From: an uncultured Candidatus Woesearchaeota archaeon
GTDB taxonomy: Archaea > Nanobdellota > Nanobdellia > Woesearchaeales > B29-G15
Assembly (NCBI GenBank): GCA_903915225.1
Contig: CAIWSB010000055.1
Span: 6,847-70,846 of the forward strand
DNA length: 64,000 nucleotides
Direction of reading: 5' to 3'
The position numbers and the translations under genes are program-made. Of the stretch, positions 49,894-59,096 are shown piece by piece. Position 1 is the stretch's first letter, and every line of letters begins with the position of its first letter. The notes beneath the pieces are model-generated. The model worked only from the letters and a program-made list of their open reading frames with translations, did no database searches and had not been told where the DNA came from.

Positions 49894-50733
49894 ATGGGCT
49901 CACAAGCAGTTGAGCAATTCCTGGCATATTTCCGAAGCAAAACAGAAAGGGTTTCTTGGGGCAAGAGTGGACCTCTCCCGGGATTAGGGGTTGCTCAGCA
50001 GGCCTCATTAGATGAGATTTTAAAATCCAGTCCTGATAAAACAGAGCTGCTCAGGTATGGGGATGCAATATACGTGCTCCACTTCTCAAAAGAGCAGGAG
50101 GAGCATGCCCTGGCCTTTGGCAGGCCATCTGCTTCCATGACCGGATTTTATAGGGGAAATGACGAGTTTCCAGAAGAGCCTTTATTCGCTGCCTTTTACA
50201 TGTCCGGGCTCACAATAAGCTCATCACCCTTGGCCAGGTTTTTCAACGTTGCGAAGGGGAAAAGGCTTTTCCCGCAGGAAGAATGGCTGCTTAACCTGCT
50301 GCTGGAAAACGGGATTATCTGCGAGGGCAAGGGACGCTACGTGCCGCCAAAATCTGAAAAATCAATCGTATCCTTCAATGGAATGGACAGGGCATCTGAT
50401 TCCTGGAGAGGCATCCACGCACACGAGCTCAGCCACGGGTTGTACTTGACTAACAAGGCCTACAGGGATTACTGCGAGAATTTCTGGGACAAGGTAATGA
50501 CAAGTGACGACAGGGATAAGTTCACTTATTTCCTTGTAAGCCAGGGTTACAGCCAAAGGAGAGAGATTGTGATTGATGAGTTCCAGGCTTATTTTGTCAA
50601 CTCAAGGTTTGCCAAGGAACACATCCTGCACTTATTTTCAGAACAGCGTTATGAGGAATTGAGGGCAGCTTTCATTAAGGACAGCCCCGCCCCATGTTTC
50701 GCTGACCTCATTGACCGTGCGGTAAGCAAATAG
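49894..50733 (+). CDS. HExxH-motif protein, member 3 of the array (more diverged)
   Basis: AHELSHGLYLTNKAYRDYCENFWDKVMTSDDR ... SPAPCFAD. Confidence 0.55.
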   Translation: MGSQAVEQFLAYFRSKTERVSWGKSGPLPGLGVAQQASLDEILKSSPDKTELLRYGDAIYVLHFSKEQEEHALAFGRPSASMTGFYRGNDEFPEEPLFAAFYMSGLTISSSPLARFFNVAKGKRLFPQEEWLLNLLLENGIICEGKGRYVPPKSEKSIVSFNGMDRASDSWRGIHAHELSHGLYLTNKAYRDYCENFWDKVMTSDDRDKFTYFLVSQGYSQRREIVIDEFQAYFVNSRFAKEHILHLFSEQRYEELRAAFIKDSPAPCFADLIDRAVSK

Positions 50734-50769
50734 AAACATTTAAATCGCACTCCACAAAAAGCATAACAC

Positions 50770-51801
50770 ATGGCCCTTTCATTCAAAGAGCAGAAAATTC
50801 TCAAGTCAATTGTGGTTGCATCCGAGAATGACCCTCTAAAGCCGGAATTCCCGCCTAACAAACCAAAATTCCCAGCAACCCCTACATACCAAATCCGCGT
50901 TCCAAACTTCTCAAACGTCTGGCTAAAGGATGAGAGCTTCAACCTGACGGGCACGCATAAGGACAGGATGGCCTGGGAAATAATCGTAACCTACAGGGAT
51001 TTCCTCCTGGCAAAGCAGCGCGGCCAGGTCTCTGGGCAGCTCCAGCCTATGTCAATCATCTCATCTGGCTCAGCTGCTGTGGCAATCCAGACAATGCTGA
51101 GGAAATACCACCTTCCAAACCTAAAAGTGCTGGTAGACGTGGAAATCAACCCGGAGATAATCAAGGCCCTGAAAGCGCTGGGGTGCGAAATTTTCGAGAC
51201 CGACCTCAGCAAGAGGCCGTTTTACTGGAAGGACATACTCGCACTAACCAACAACCCGAACGGGTTTGACATAACCTCAAGTGAGGCGCTGGACCCCACG
51301 ACAAGATTCTATGACTGGCTCAGCTATGAGATTATCAACAATTCACCTGAATACTGCTTCATCCCATTCGGAACTGGTAACCTATATGAGAACCTCCTGA
51401 ACACAAACAAGCGCGAGGTCTCAACTGCAAACCACGATCCTAGATTCAGCGGGGATGTGAATGTGCTGAGGCGATGCAATTTCCTCGGCGTAACAACAAA
51501 CAACCCCAGGTCAAAGGCGGAAAAGCTTTACTCGCCCCACCTCCCTTTTGTGCACTATGACGAGCAATGGATAAGGTTATACCGCTCTGCAGGCTACTGT
51601 GGCTCTGAGTCAAACGTTTACCTGCTGCAGGAGCAGCTCCTAGAGGAGGCAATGGCAATTGCCAGGGCGCTGAAAATCAACTGCGAGCCATCTGGTATTG
51701 CGGGGCTTGCGCTGCTCCTCCAGATGAGGGAGATTATCCCAAAGAATAAGAAGATACTCATCATAAATACCGGAAAGACAAAGTATGTGAGGGGGGAATA
51801 A
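50770..51801 (+). CDS. PLP-dependent enzyme, tryptophan-synthase-beta/threonine-synthase-like fold
   Basis: LKDESFNLTGTHKDRMAW matches the K-x-E-x-x-N-(P/L)-T-G-(S/T)-(F/H)-K-D-R PLP-lysine motif. Confidence 0.55.
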   Translation: MALSFKEQKILKSIVVASENDPLKPEFPPNKPKFPATPTYQIRVPNFSNVWLKDESFNLTGTHKDRMAWEIIVTYRDFLLAKQRGQVSGQLQPMSIISSGSAAVAIQTMLRKYHLPNLKVLVDVEINPEIIKALKALGCEIFETDLSKRPFYWKDILALTNNPNGFDITSSEALDPTTRFYDWLSYEIINNSPEYCFIPFGTGNLYENLLNTNKREVSTANHDPRFSGDVNVLRRCNFLGVTTNNPRSKAEKLYSPHLPFVHYDEQWIRLYRSAGYCGSESNVYLLQEQLLEEAMAIARALKINCEPSGIAGLALLLQMREIIPKNKKILIINTGKTKYVRGE

Positions 51802-51802
51802 C

Positions 51803-52363
51803 ATGAACGAAACCATCAAGACAATACTTAACAGGAGAAGCATACGCACATTCCTGCCTGATCAAATCAAGGAGAGCGAACTTAAGGAAATAATTGGCTC
51901 AGGGCTCTACGCGCCGAGCGCAATGAACCTGCAGCCATGGCACTTCACAGTTGTCCAGAACAGTGAACTGATTGAGAGGCTGAATGAGGATATAAAACTC
52001 TCACTTCAAGGCTCAGGGAATAAATACCTTGAGGCCATGGTGAAGAGAGAGGGCTACCATATATTCCACCACGCACCAACTGTAATAATCGTTTCGGGCA
52101 CTGACAAGTCCAATTTCTACCAGACAGACTGCGCAGCTGCTACTGAGAATATGCTTCTGGCAGCAGAGTCACTCGGCATAGGCGCCTGCTGGATTGGGCT
52201 TGCCGCATTCCTGTTCGGCAGCCAGGATTCGCAGAAATACATCAAAGAGATGAAAATCCCAGCTGGCTTCAAGCCCCTCTATGCAATAGCCCTGGGCTAC
52301 AAAAAGGATAATGTAGCGAAGCCCCCCCAGAGGAGGGAGGGCACTGTGGACTACATAAAATAA
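51803..52363 (+). CDS. nitroreductase family protein
   Basis: NRRSIRTF ... APSAMNLQPWHFTVV. The start is 1 nt after the upstream stop. Confidence 0.8.
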   Translation: MNETIKTILNRRSIRTFLPDQIKESELKEIIGSGLYAPSAMNLQPWHFTVVQNSELIERLNEDIKLSLQGSGNKYLEAMVKREGYHIFHHAPTVIIVSGTDKSNFYQTDCAAATENMLLAAESLGIGACWIGLAAFLFGSQDSQKYIKEMKIPAGFKPLYAIALGYKKDNVAKPPQRREGTVDYIK

Positions 52364-53071
52364 TTAATTCCCGTAAATTGCCTTTATGTCAGCAGCTACA
52401 GCTGTCTGCTCGTAGAGATCGAGTGTTTTGTCAACTGTGACTTTCCCTATATCGAACAGCAAGGTCGCCAGTCCACCATCTTCGAATCCTGCGAGTGTGG
52501 ACAATCGAGTAATCGCACCCATTAGGCAAGTAACACTCTCACCTAGTTCCCTTAGTGACCTCACAAGATCTTCGGGTTTTTGATATTCAGCACGGACTGC
52601 AGCCCTGATGACCTGGGCATCAATTGAGCTTATCCCGCCCTCTTGTGCTCTGCTCACCAGTGCATTAACAATGTTATCCCTTCTCTGCACATAATCAATT
52701 ATCTTCCTATATTGCTGCAATATATCAGAGGGCAATTCTTTGCCGGTCATACTTAAGGTCATATTCAAAGTTTCGTACTCGCCTTCAAAAAACTTCACTC
52801 CTCGCATCCATTCCTCCGCAACTTGCTGGGAGAGTTTGTCAACAGATAGCTCATTACCCATCCTCTCCTTGAAACGGCCGCTCATCTCCTCAGCAGTATC
52901 CGCATCAGCATCCTCTGATTGAACAAGTTCATCAAATTTTGTATCAATAAATTCAACTATTGCCTGCTTTGCTGCTGCAATGCTCCCCGGGTTGGAACTG
53001 TAAGCTTCCCTAGCCCTGAGTGCAAAGTCATTTGCAATTGCGATCCTTACCTTCTGTTCTATCGAATCCAT
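52364..53071 (-). CDS. hypothetical acidic protein, member 1 of a triple tandem paralog array
   Basis: MDSIEQKVRIAIANDFALRAREAY ... YVQRRDNIVNALV ... IRAAVRAEY ... KAIYGN. Confidence 0.6.
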   Translation of the reverse strand: MDSIEQKVRIAIANDFALRAREAYSSNPGSIAAAKQAIVEFIDTKFDELVQSEDADADTAEEMSGRFKERMGNELSVDKLSQQVAEEWMRGVKFFEGEYETLNMTLSMTGKELPSDILQQYRKIIDYVQRRDNIVNALVSRAQEGGISSIDAQVIRAAVRAEYQKPEDLVRSLRELGESVTCLMGAITRLSTLAGFEDGGLATLLFDIGKVTVDKTLDLYEQTAVAADIKAIYGN

Positions 53072-53102
53072 TTTAATACCCTCCTTGAATTATTATGTTA
53101 AT

Positions 53103-53804
53103 CTACTGCTTGTATATTGCCTCTACGTCTGCCTTTACAACAGCCTGCTCGAAGGCAGCTGACTTTTCATACATGAATCTCGTTGTCCTCTGCATTAACC
53201 CTTCCAACAACGCAGCCTCATCATCGCCATTGCTTGTGTCCATGAGTGAGCAGTTCAGCTCAAGCACAGTGTCAAGGAATGCCTTCTGCGATTCCACATA
53301 ATCCTCAGCTGTCTTGAACTCTGCCCTTACAGCAGCCCTGATGGACTCAGGAGTTATTGCTTGAATCCCGGCCTCTTCTGCCTTCTTAACCAGGGCATTG
53401 ACAATATTGTCACGCCTTTGGACATAACCAATTACAATCTCGTATTGCGCATCATAATCCTCGGGCAGATCCCTGAAAGAGAACACAGCGCCAAACTTGG
53501 CCTCAAAAAAATCATTAGCATAGGAATTTGCATCATCGCCCCATAAATCTTCAATCTTCTCAGTAAGAATTTCTGCTGAGAAATCCTCAATCATATTGTC
53601 TTCAAATTCTTCCCTTAACTCATCTGCAGCAATCTCATCAGCATCCCCTGTCTCAACCAACATTTCTAATTGGTCGTCAAAAAATTCACACACGGCATCC
53701 CGGGCTGCTGCAATATTCCCATCATTGGCCCTGAAAACATCCCTTGCCCTATTAGCGAAATCATTAGCAACTGCCTTCCGAACCTGCTCTTCTATTGTTT
53801 CCAT
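53103..53804 (-). CDS. hypothetical acidic protein, member 2
   Basis: METIEEQVRKAVANDFANRARDVF ... GYVQRRDNIVNALV ... IRAAVRAEF ... EAIYKQ. Confidence 0.6.
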   Translation of the reverse strand: METIEEQVRKAVANDFANRARDVFRANDGNIAAARDAVCEFFDDQLEMLVETGDADEIAADELREEFEDNMIEDFSAEILTEKIEDLWGDDANSYANDFFEAKFGAVFSFRDLPEDYDAQYEIVIGYVQRRDNIVNALVKKAEEAGIQAITPESIRAAVRAEFKTAEDYVESQKAFLDTVLELNCSLMDTSNGDDEAALLEGLMQRTTRFMYEKSAAFEQAVVKADVEAIYKQ

Positions 53805-53825
53805 TTTAGTAGCCTCCGAATTGAC

Positions 53826-54518
53826 CTATTGCTTGTAAATTGCCTCTACATCTGCCTTCAGGACAGTCTTCTCGGCCATTTCTCTTGCCTCAGCTTCAGT
53901 CTTCCTGTTGAGGTCTGAGTGAAAAACTTCCATCCTATCAACACCCAACTTGGCGATGATGCAGAACAGCTCAGATTCTATCTTGCCAAGGCTTGTTTCT
54001 GATTGTATGTATTCTTCTGGGGTTGCGTATTCAGCCCTCACAGCTGCCCGTATGTTTTCGACGCTGGTTGCGGACTCTATACCATCAGCCTTGGCCTTTT
54101 CCATCAGGGTGTTGACAACATTGTCCCTTTTCTGGAAATAAGCCACCAGGGCATCGTATTGCTTTTCCAAATCTCCAGGAAGCTCATATTCCAATTCCTC
54201 TGCCACTTCTATTATCCTTTTGAACTTTTGCAGTTCACGGCGGCTACTTCCCATCCAAGACATGGCAACACGCTGGGTGAGGGATTCTATTGAGAGGTTT
54301 TCTCGTTCTGCTTTCGAAATCCTCTCCTTTAAGCTGGAGGCCTCTAATTCACTCAAATGCCCTGACTCAACCAGCTTGCTAAGCTCTGTGCCCAAATATT
54401 CCTGTTCAGCTGCCAAAACAGCTGCGATTTCAGCCGGGTGGGCGCCATAAACCACCTTAGCTCTATTGGCAAAATCATTACCAATTGCAATTCGAACCTG
54501 CTTTTCTATTGAATCCAT
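53826..54518 (-). CDS. hypothetical acidic protein, member 3
   Basis: MDSIEKQVRIAIGNDFANRAKVVY ... YFQKRDNVVNTLM ... IRAAVRAEY ... EAIYKQ. Confidence 0.6.
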   Translation of the reverse strand: MDSIEKQVRIAIGNDFANRAKVVYGAHPAEIAAVLAAEQEYLGTELSKLVESGHLSELEASSLKERISKAERENLSIESLTQRVAMSWMGSSRRELQKFKRIIEVAEELEYELPGDLEKQYDALVAYFQKRDNVVNTLMEKAKADGIESATSVENIRAAVRAEYATPEEYIQSETSLGKIESELFCIIAKLGVDRMEVFHSDLNRKTEAEAREMAEKTVLKADVEAIYKQ

Positions 54519-54527
54519 TTTCATCCC

Positions 54528-54881
54528 TCATCTAAAGTTGATTGTATAACCATGCACCTTAAGCTCCCTAAGCTCAATCCCCACATTACTAGGAAGCCCT
54601 GAAAATGTGACATAATCGTTGTCACCGTCTGCAATTTCCGCCTGTAGAAGAGCTGCTGCAATTGTTATTTGAATATTGTACGAATAGACAACATATCCCA
54701 ATACTTGCTTGCCATCAACATTTAAAACAACGGCCAAGTTAGCATCGCTCATGTTATTATGACTCAAAACTGCACTCAAAGGAGCGCCAGTCTGCGTCAC
54801 AAAGCCGCGGGAATCAGGCTGAGGCCAATTCCTGCACTTTTCCTCAAGTGAGATATCATCAATTAATCTTGCCTTTGGCAT
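54528..54881 (-). CDS. small hypothetical protein, member 1 of another triple paralog array
   Basis: ...GYVVYSYNIQITIAAALLQAEIADGDNDYVTFSGLPSNVGIELRELKVHGYTINFR. Confidence 0.55.
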   Translation of the reverse strand: MPKARLIDDISLEEKCRNWPQPDSRGFVTQTGAPLSAVLSHNNMSDANLAVVLNVDGKQVLGYVVYSYNIQITIAAALLQAEIADGDNDYVTFSGLPSNVGIELRELKVHGYTINFR

Positions 54882-54890
54882 TTTAACCCC

Positions 54891-55238
54891 TCATCTAAAA
54901 TTGATTTTATAACCATGCACGTAAAGCTCCTTGATGACAAGCCCATCTTCCTTTGGGATTCCAGCCCATGTAACCATATCAGCATCACCGTCAACAATCT
55001 CCGACTGGAGCAATGCCTGGGCCTGTGTACCGGTGAGATAACCTGTGTTCACGACGTAACCCAAAAAAGGCTGGCCTTCAACCATGAGAACAGCGGCCAG
55101 GGTGAGGTACGTCTCCCCTGTCACAGCGACACTCAACGGAACGCCTGTCTGCGTCACATAGCCACGGGAATCCCTTTGCGGCCAAATAATTACCCTGTCC
55201 TCCAGATGAACCCCATACAATGGTTTCTCTTTAGGCAT
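54891..55238 (-). CDS. small hypothetical protein, member 2
   Basis: ...GYVVNTGYLTGTQAQALLQSEIVDGDADMVTWAGIPKEDGLVIKELYVHGYKINFR. Confidence 0.55.
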   Translation of the reverse strand: MPKEKPLYGVHLEDRVIIWPQRDSRGYVTQTGVPLSVAVTGETYLTLAAVLMVEGQPFLGYVVNTGYLTGTQAQALLQSEIVDGDADMVTWAGIPKEDGLVIKELYVHGYKINFR

Positions 55239-55249
55239 TTTGATTTCCT

Positions 55250-55648
55250 CTAAAATTTGATTGTGTGGCCGTGGACATATATCTCCTTAATCTGAAGGCC
55301 ATCTGAATTCAGGATTCCAGTCAATGTGATTGGGTCCTTTTGCCCAAATTTATCAACGTCATTCATCTCTCCTTGGATAAGGGCCGAGGCTTCAACGACT
55401 CTACTTCTAAAATCGCAATTTCTGACATAACCCAACTGCGGCTGTCCCTGATCATTTTCAAATGCCACACCAAGGTAAGCCCCGTAGCTATATATTCCAG
55501 CCTCAACACCAAGAGGCACAACATCCCTTGTGACCAAGGTTACACCTTTTTCTGGGGCATCTACCTTATTATATGCCGAGCACCCACCTAGGAGAGTGGC
55601 ACCTGCTAGCAAACCAGCAACAATTAATGGCAATGTTTTTCGCTTCAT
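55250..55648 (-). CDS. lipoprotein, member 3 of the same array
   Basis: Lipobox LLGGCSAY, then ...LIQGEMNDVDKF...LQIKEIYVHGHTIKF. Confidence 0.55.
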   Translation of the reverse strand: MKRKTLPLIVAGLLAGATLLGGCSAYNKVDAPEKGVTLVTRDVVPLGVEAGIYSYGAYLGVAFENDQGQPQLGYVRNCDFRSRVVEASALIQGEMNDVDKFGQKDPITLTGILNSDGLQIKEIYVHGHTIKF

Positions 55649-55752
55649 TTTCAGTCTCCTCCTTTAATTAGCATCAGTGGACAAATTACATGCCCAATGG
55701 ACGTTGGAAACAGTGGAGATTTAAAAAGCTTTTGCTACTATACAGTAATAAT

Positions 55753-56187
55753 TTATTTCTTATCCACAACCCACTTTCCGACCAATACGTCCTCCATTTT
55801 CCTCTTTGTCTCCTTGTCATAATTAGCAAGGAGTGGGTCAACAATCCTAGAGCCTGAGGTAACCATATATGGAATGCCAGCGAGCCTCAGATAAACTACC
55901 GTGGCATGCCTGACTTGTTGCTCTTCCCCCTTTAGCTCAACTCCGCAGGCGGCTCCATGCTGGGTTGGAGAATAAACCTTCATTGACAGGTCAGGGCAAT
56001 CCTTTTTGACATATTCCATTGCTAATTTGAGCCCCAGAACTAACTTGACTGTCTTTTCAAGTTCCCCTTCATCAATGTCATAATTATAATTTATATTTGA
56101 AAATAAAGTATACAACATTCCCACCTTTGCTTTTTCCATTTTCATTCCCCCATTGTTTTGACCAGTAATACATGTTTTATTCCCCAC
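55753..56187 (-). CDS. hypothetical protein
   Basis: 144-aa ORF. Confidence 0.45.
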   Translation of the reverse strand: MGNKTCITGQNNGGMKMEKAKVGMLYTLFSNINYNYDIDEGELEKTVKLVLGLKLAMEYVKKDCPDLSMKVYSPTQHGAACGVELKGEEQQVRHATVVYLRLAGIPYMVTSGSRIVDPLLANYDKETKRKMEDVLVGKWVVDKK

Positions 56188-56341
56188 CGTCTAAGAAAGA
56201 CCAAATTTAGCCTTAAGTACCTATTCAGGCGATATTCCTGCTTTGCCGAACCAGTCAGCTCCCTACCTGAATTTTTATATGCCCCATATTTTCCAGCTTT
56301 TAAACACAATATTTATATCCTAAGCAAATCCTCATTAGAAT

Positions 56342-57016
56342 ATGAAACTAGGTGTCCTGTTCTCAGGCGGCAAGGATTCCTGCTACGCCATGTTTAAGGC
56401 AAAGGAAGAGCATGAGATAGCCTGCCTCCTGTCAGTCGAATCAGAGAACCCTTACAGCTATATGTTCCACACCCCCAACATTGGACTAACAAAGATGCAG
56501 GCAGAGGCAATGGGGATACCCCTGATGACACAAAAAACCCAGGGAGAGAAGGAGATAGAGCTCATGGACCTGAAGGCACTAATCAAAAAGGCAATGCTGA
56601 AGTTCAACATTGAGGGGGTTGTAACAGGGGCAATTGCATCTGTCTATCAGTTCAAAAGAATCCAGAAAGTCTGCTCAGACCTCCAGCTGCAGTGCATTAA
56701 TCCGCTCTGGCAGAAGGACCAGGTGGAGCTATTGAATGAGCTAGTAGAAAACAAATTCGAGACAATAATCACAAAGATCGCAGGGTATCCGTTGGACCAA
56801 AGCTTCCTCGGAAAAAAGATAGACAGCGATATGATAAAACGTTTAGTAGAATACAAGGAGAAATACAAGATAAACCCTTCGGGCGAGGGGGGAGAGATGG
56901 AAACATTTGTAACAAACATGCCCCTTTTCAGGAAGAGGATTGAGATAGTAAAGGCAACCACAAAATTCTCAAATTACGAAGGGGATTACATAATTGAGGA
57001 AGCAAGGCTAGCCTGA
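56342..57016 (+). CDS. diphthine-ammonia ligase-like PP-loop ATPase (MJ0570/Dph6 family)
   Basis: MKLGVLFSGGKDSCYAM PP-loop and family-typical EGGEMETFV near the C-terminus. About 224 aa. Confidence 0.75.
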   Translation: MKLGVLFSGGKDSCYAMFKAKEEHEIACLLSVESENPYSYMFHTPNIGLTKMQAEAMGIPLMTQKTQGEKEIELMDLKALIKKAMLKFNIEGVVTGAIASVYQFKRIQKVCSDLQLQCINPLWQKDQVELLNELVENKFETIITKIAGYPLDQSFLGKKIDSDMIKRLVEYKEKYKINPSGEGGEMETFVTNMPLFRKRIEIVKATTKFSNYEGDYIIEEARLA

Positions 57017-57933
57017 TTGCCGCACCCTAACTCTTTCTTCCTCACCTTCTTGGAGAAATAGCACCGGTCATATTCAGCCATATCCTGGAAAGTGGGGTCA
57101 TCAAATAATTTTTGAAGAATCAACTTCACCGCTTCCTCCTTATCTTCTACACCGGCCAGTTCCCGGATATTCATGAACCCATCATGGCAGGCGTAGACAC
57201 AATACTGCAGCTTTCCGTCATAATTCACTTCAATCTCTCTGCTCCTCTCATAATCGAGGCACGTTCGTTTTCCAGGTGCTACATCTTTTTGAGGGAGGTT
57301 TTTTGCCCGGCCCACTGGATTGATCTCATAGAATAGTTCTTCATTAAGTGATCTCGAATAAATAAATGCTGCAATTGCAGCCCACCAAACACCCTTGTGG
57401 GCAGCCAACTTAGTCCTGATAAAGCTATTTGGTCTTGATGGCAAGCCCAGATTTTTAGTACTGATTCCTTGCTCTTCTGCATATTGCCTTATATCCTGTA
57501 TATCCCCCCTGGTAATTGAGTGATATTGTTCTCCAGGCTGGGCAGCATGAACCCAAGCTTTGCTTCTGGCGACTGCCTCAAACAATTCCTTGCGGTTTTT
57601 CGTGTTTCTTGAAGTCAATGCAAATCCGCTAGTCTTTATCTCAAACTGCGAATGTGCTGACAAAGAATCAAGAATTCTAACTATTTCAGGGTGCAACAAG
57701 GCATCGCCTCCGGATAAACCCACAGTATATTCAGGATTATCTTGTCGGAGAATGCCGATAAAATGGAGCATGTCATCAGCATTGACATATCTTGCGTTAG
57801 GAGAATCCTGTGGAACAGCATTCATATAGCAGTGTGCGCAGTGGTCATAGCAGGCATTAGTAGCATGGACAAGTAAAGGGCCTGTCCGGAGTCTTTGCTC
57901 ATAATTTTTTAGTGCACGTTCCAATTTATCCAT
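56986..57933 (-). CDS. radical SAM protein, function unknown
   Basis: ATNACYDHCAHCYMN (CxxxCxxC) near the N-terminus, with additional C-terminal Cys (QYCVYACHDG). Confidence 0.65.
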   Translation of the reverse strand: MDKLERALKNYEQRLRTGPLLVHATNACYDHCAHCYMNAVPQDSPNARYVNADDMLHFIGILRQDNPEYTVGLSGGDALLHPEIVRILDSLSAHSQFEIKTSGFALTSRNTKNRKELFEAVARSKAWVHAAQPGEQYHSITRGDIQDIRQYAEEQGISTKNLGLPSRPNSFIRTKLAAHKGVWWAAIAAFIYSRSLNEELFYEINPVGRAKNLPQKDVAPGKRTCLDYERSREIEVNYDGKLQYCVYACHDGFMNIRELAGVEDKEEAVKLILQKLFDDPTFQDMAEYDRCYFSKKVRKKELGCGNQASLASSIM

Positions 57934-58054
57934 AATCTGGTGGAGGATTTCACAAATTTATAAAGTTTTGGTAATTTTACTACTTAATAGTTATAATACT
58001 TTGTTAAGAAGGTGAACAATAGATTTTTATATTGGATTTTTCACTCTCGGAATA

Positions 58055-58483
58055 ATGATTCCACAAAAGGTCAAGGCATTGTTCGAAAAGCAGGCACTGG
58101 TTGCCTTTGCAACAGCAGACAAGAATGGCAAGCCCAATGTTGTACCCGTGTTTTGGAAGAAAATCTCAGGCAATTGCACAATCCTGCTGATAGATAATTA
58201 TTTCAACGCCACGAAGAGCAACCTGCTCGAGAACAAGAATGCATGCCTAGCATTCTGGAACCCTGAAACAGAGGAGGCTTACAAGCTTAAAGGCCAGGCA
58301 AATTACCATTTCTCTGGCAAAGTGTTTGAACAGGGCAAGGCCTTCCTGCAATCAAAGAAGTCCGGAAGAATCCCGCGCGGTGTTGTGGAATTAAGGGTAA
58401 AGGAAATCTTCACAATCACTCCAGGGCCAGATGCAGGTAAACAAATCAAGGGAATTTCTTCACCAGCTTATTATCAAGCTTAG
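58055..58483 (+). CDS. pyridoxamine 5'-phosphate oxidase-like FMN-binding split-barrel protein
   Basis: ALVAFATADKNGKPNVVPVFW... pattern of the PNPOx-like/general stress protein 26 family. Confidence 0.6.
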   Translation: MIPQKVKALFEKQALVAFATADKNGKPNVVPVFWKKISGNCTILLIDNYFNATKSNLLENKNACLAFWNPETEEAYKLKGQANYHFSGKVFEQGKAFLQSKKSGRIPRGVVELRVKEIFTITPGPDAGKQIKGISSPAYYQA

Positions 58484-58566
58484 TTGCAGCATAAGTCCCA
58501 ATTCTCAACCGAAAGGTTTATATCTACAATACGTTTTAATAATAAAATACAACGTAGGTGGTGATG

Positions 58567-58842
58567 ATGGAAGTCGCAATTACTAAGATATCAGAGAACG
58601 GGCAGGTGGTTATCCCCTCAGAGATTAGAAAAGATGCAGGGATAAAGCCCTCAACCAAATTTATCGTGTTCAATCAGGATGGCAATATTTTGCTTAAGCA
58701 AATTAAGAAAGAGGCCTTAAAGGCAGACATGCAACTCATTGAGAAAATAATGAGGAGTGAAGAACAAATAAACCAGGATAAATTTGTCATAGCAGATGCC
58801 TCCAGGAGTGCCGAGGAGATTGACGACCTGCTGATGCAATAA
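58567..58842 (+). CDS. AbrB/MazE/VapB-type antitoxin
   Basis: MEVAITKISENGQVVIPSEIRKDAGIKP is the swapped-hairpin SpoVT/AbrB motif. Confidence 0.65.
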   Translation: MEVAITKISENGQVVIPSEIRKDAGIKPSTKFIVFNQDGNILLKQIKKEALKADMQLIEKIMRSEEQINQDKFVIADASRSAEEIDDLLMQ

Positions 58843-58843
58843 G

Positions 58844-59089
58844 ATGAAGCTGCTCTTTACAGAAGACTTCTTGAAAGAGTTCAAGAGAATCAAGGACAAA
58901 ACCACAAGAATAAGGATAATTAACCATCTTAAAAAATTAGAGCAGCTCCCTGATTCTGGGAAGCCTTTGCAATACAACCTGAAAGGCCACCGAAGCGTAA
59001 GGGTACCGCCTTTCAGGATAATTTATCGTCTTGAACAGGATAAGGTTATCATTAACTGCTTTGACAACAGAGAAGAAATTTACAAGTAA
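58844..59089 (+). CDS. RelE/ParE family toxin
   Basis: 81 aa with ...GKPLQYNLKGHRSVRVPPFRIIYRLEQDKVI. Its start is 2 nt after the antitoxin stop. Confidence 0.65.
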   Translation: MKLLFTEDFLKEFKRIKDKTTRIRIINHLKKLEQLPDSGKPLQYNLKGHRSVRVPPFRIIYRLEQDKVIINCFDNREEIYK

Positions 59090-59096
59090 ACCTCTC

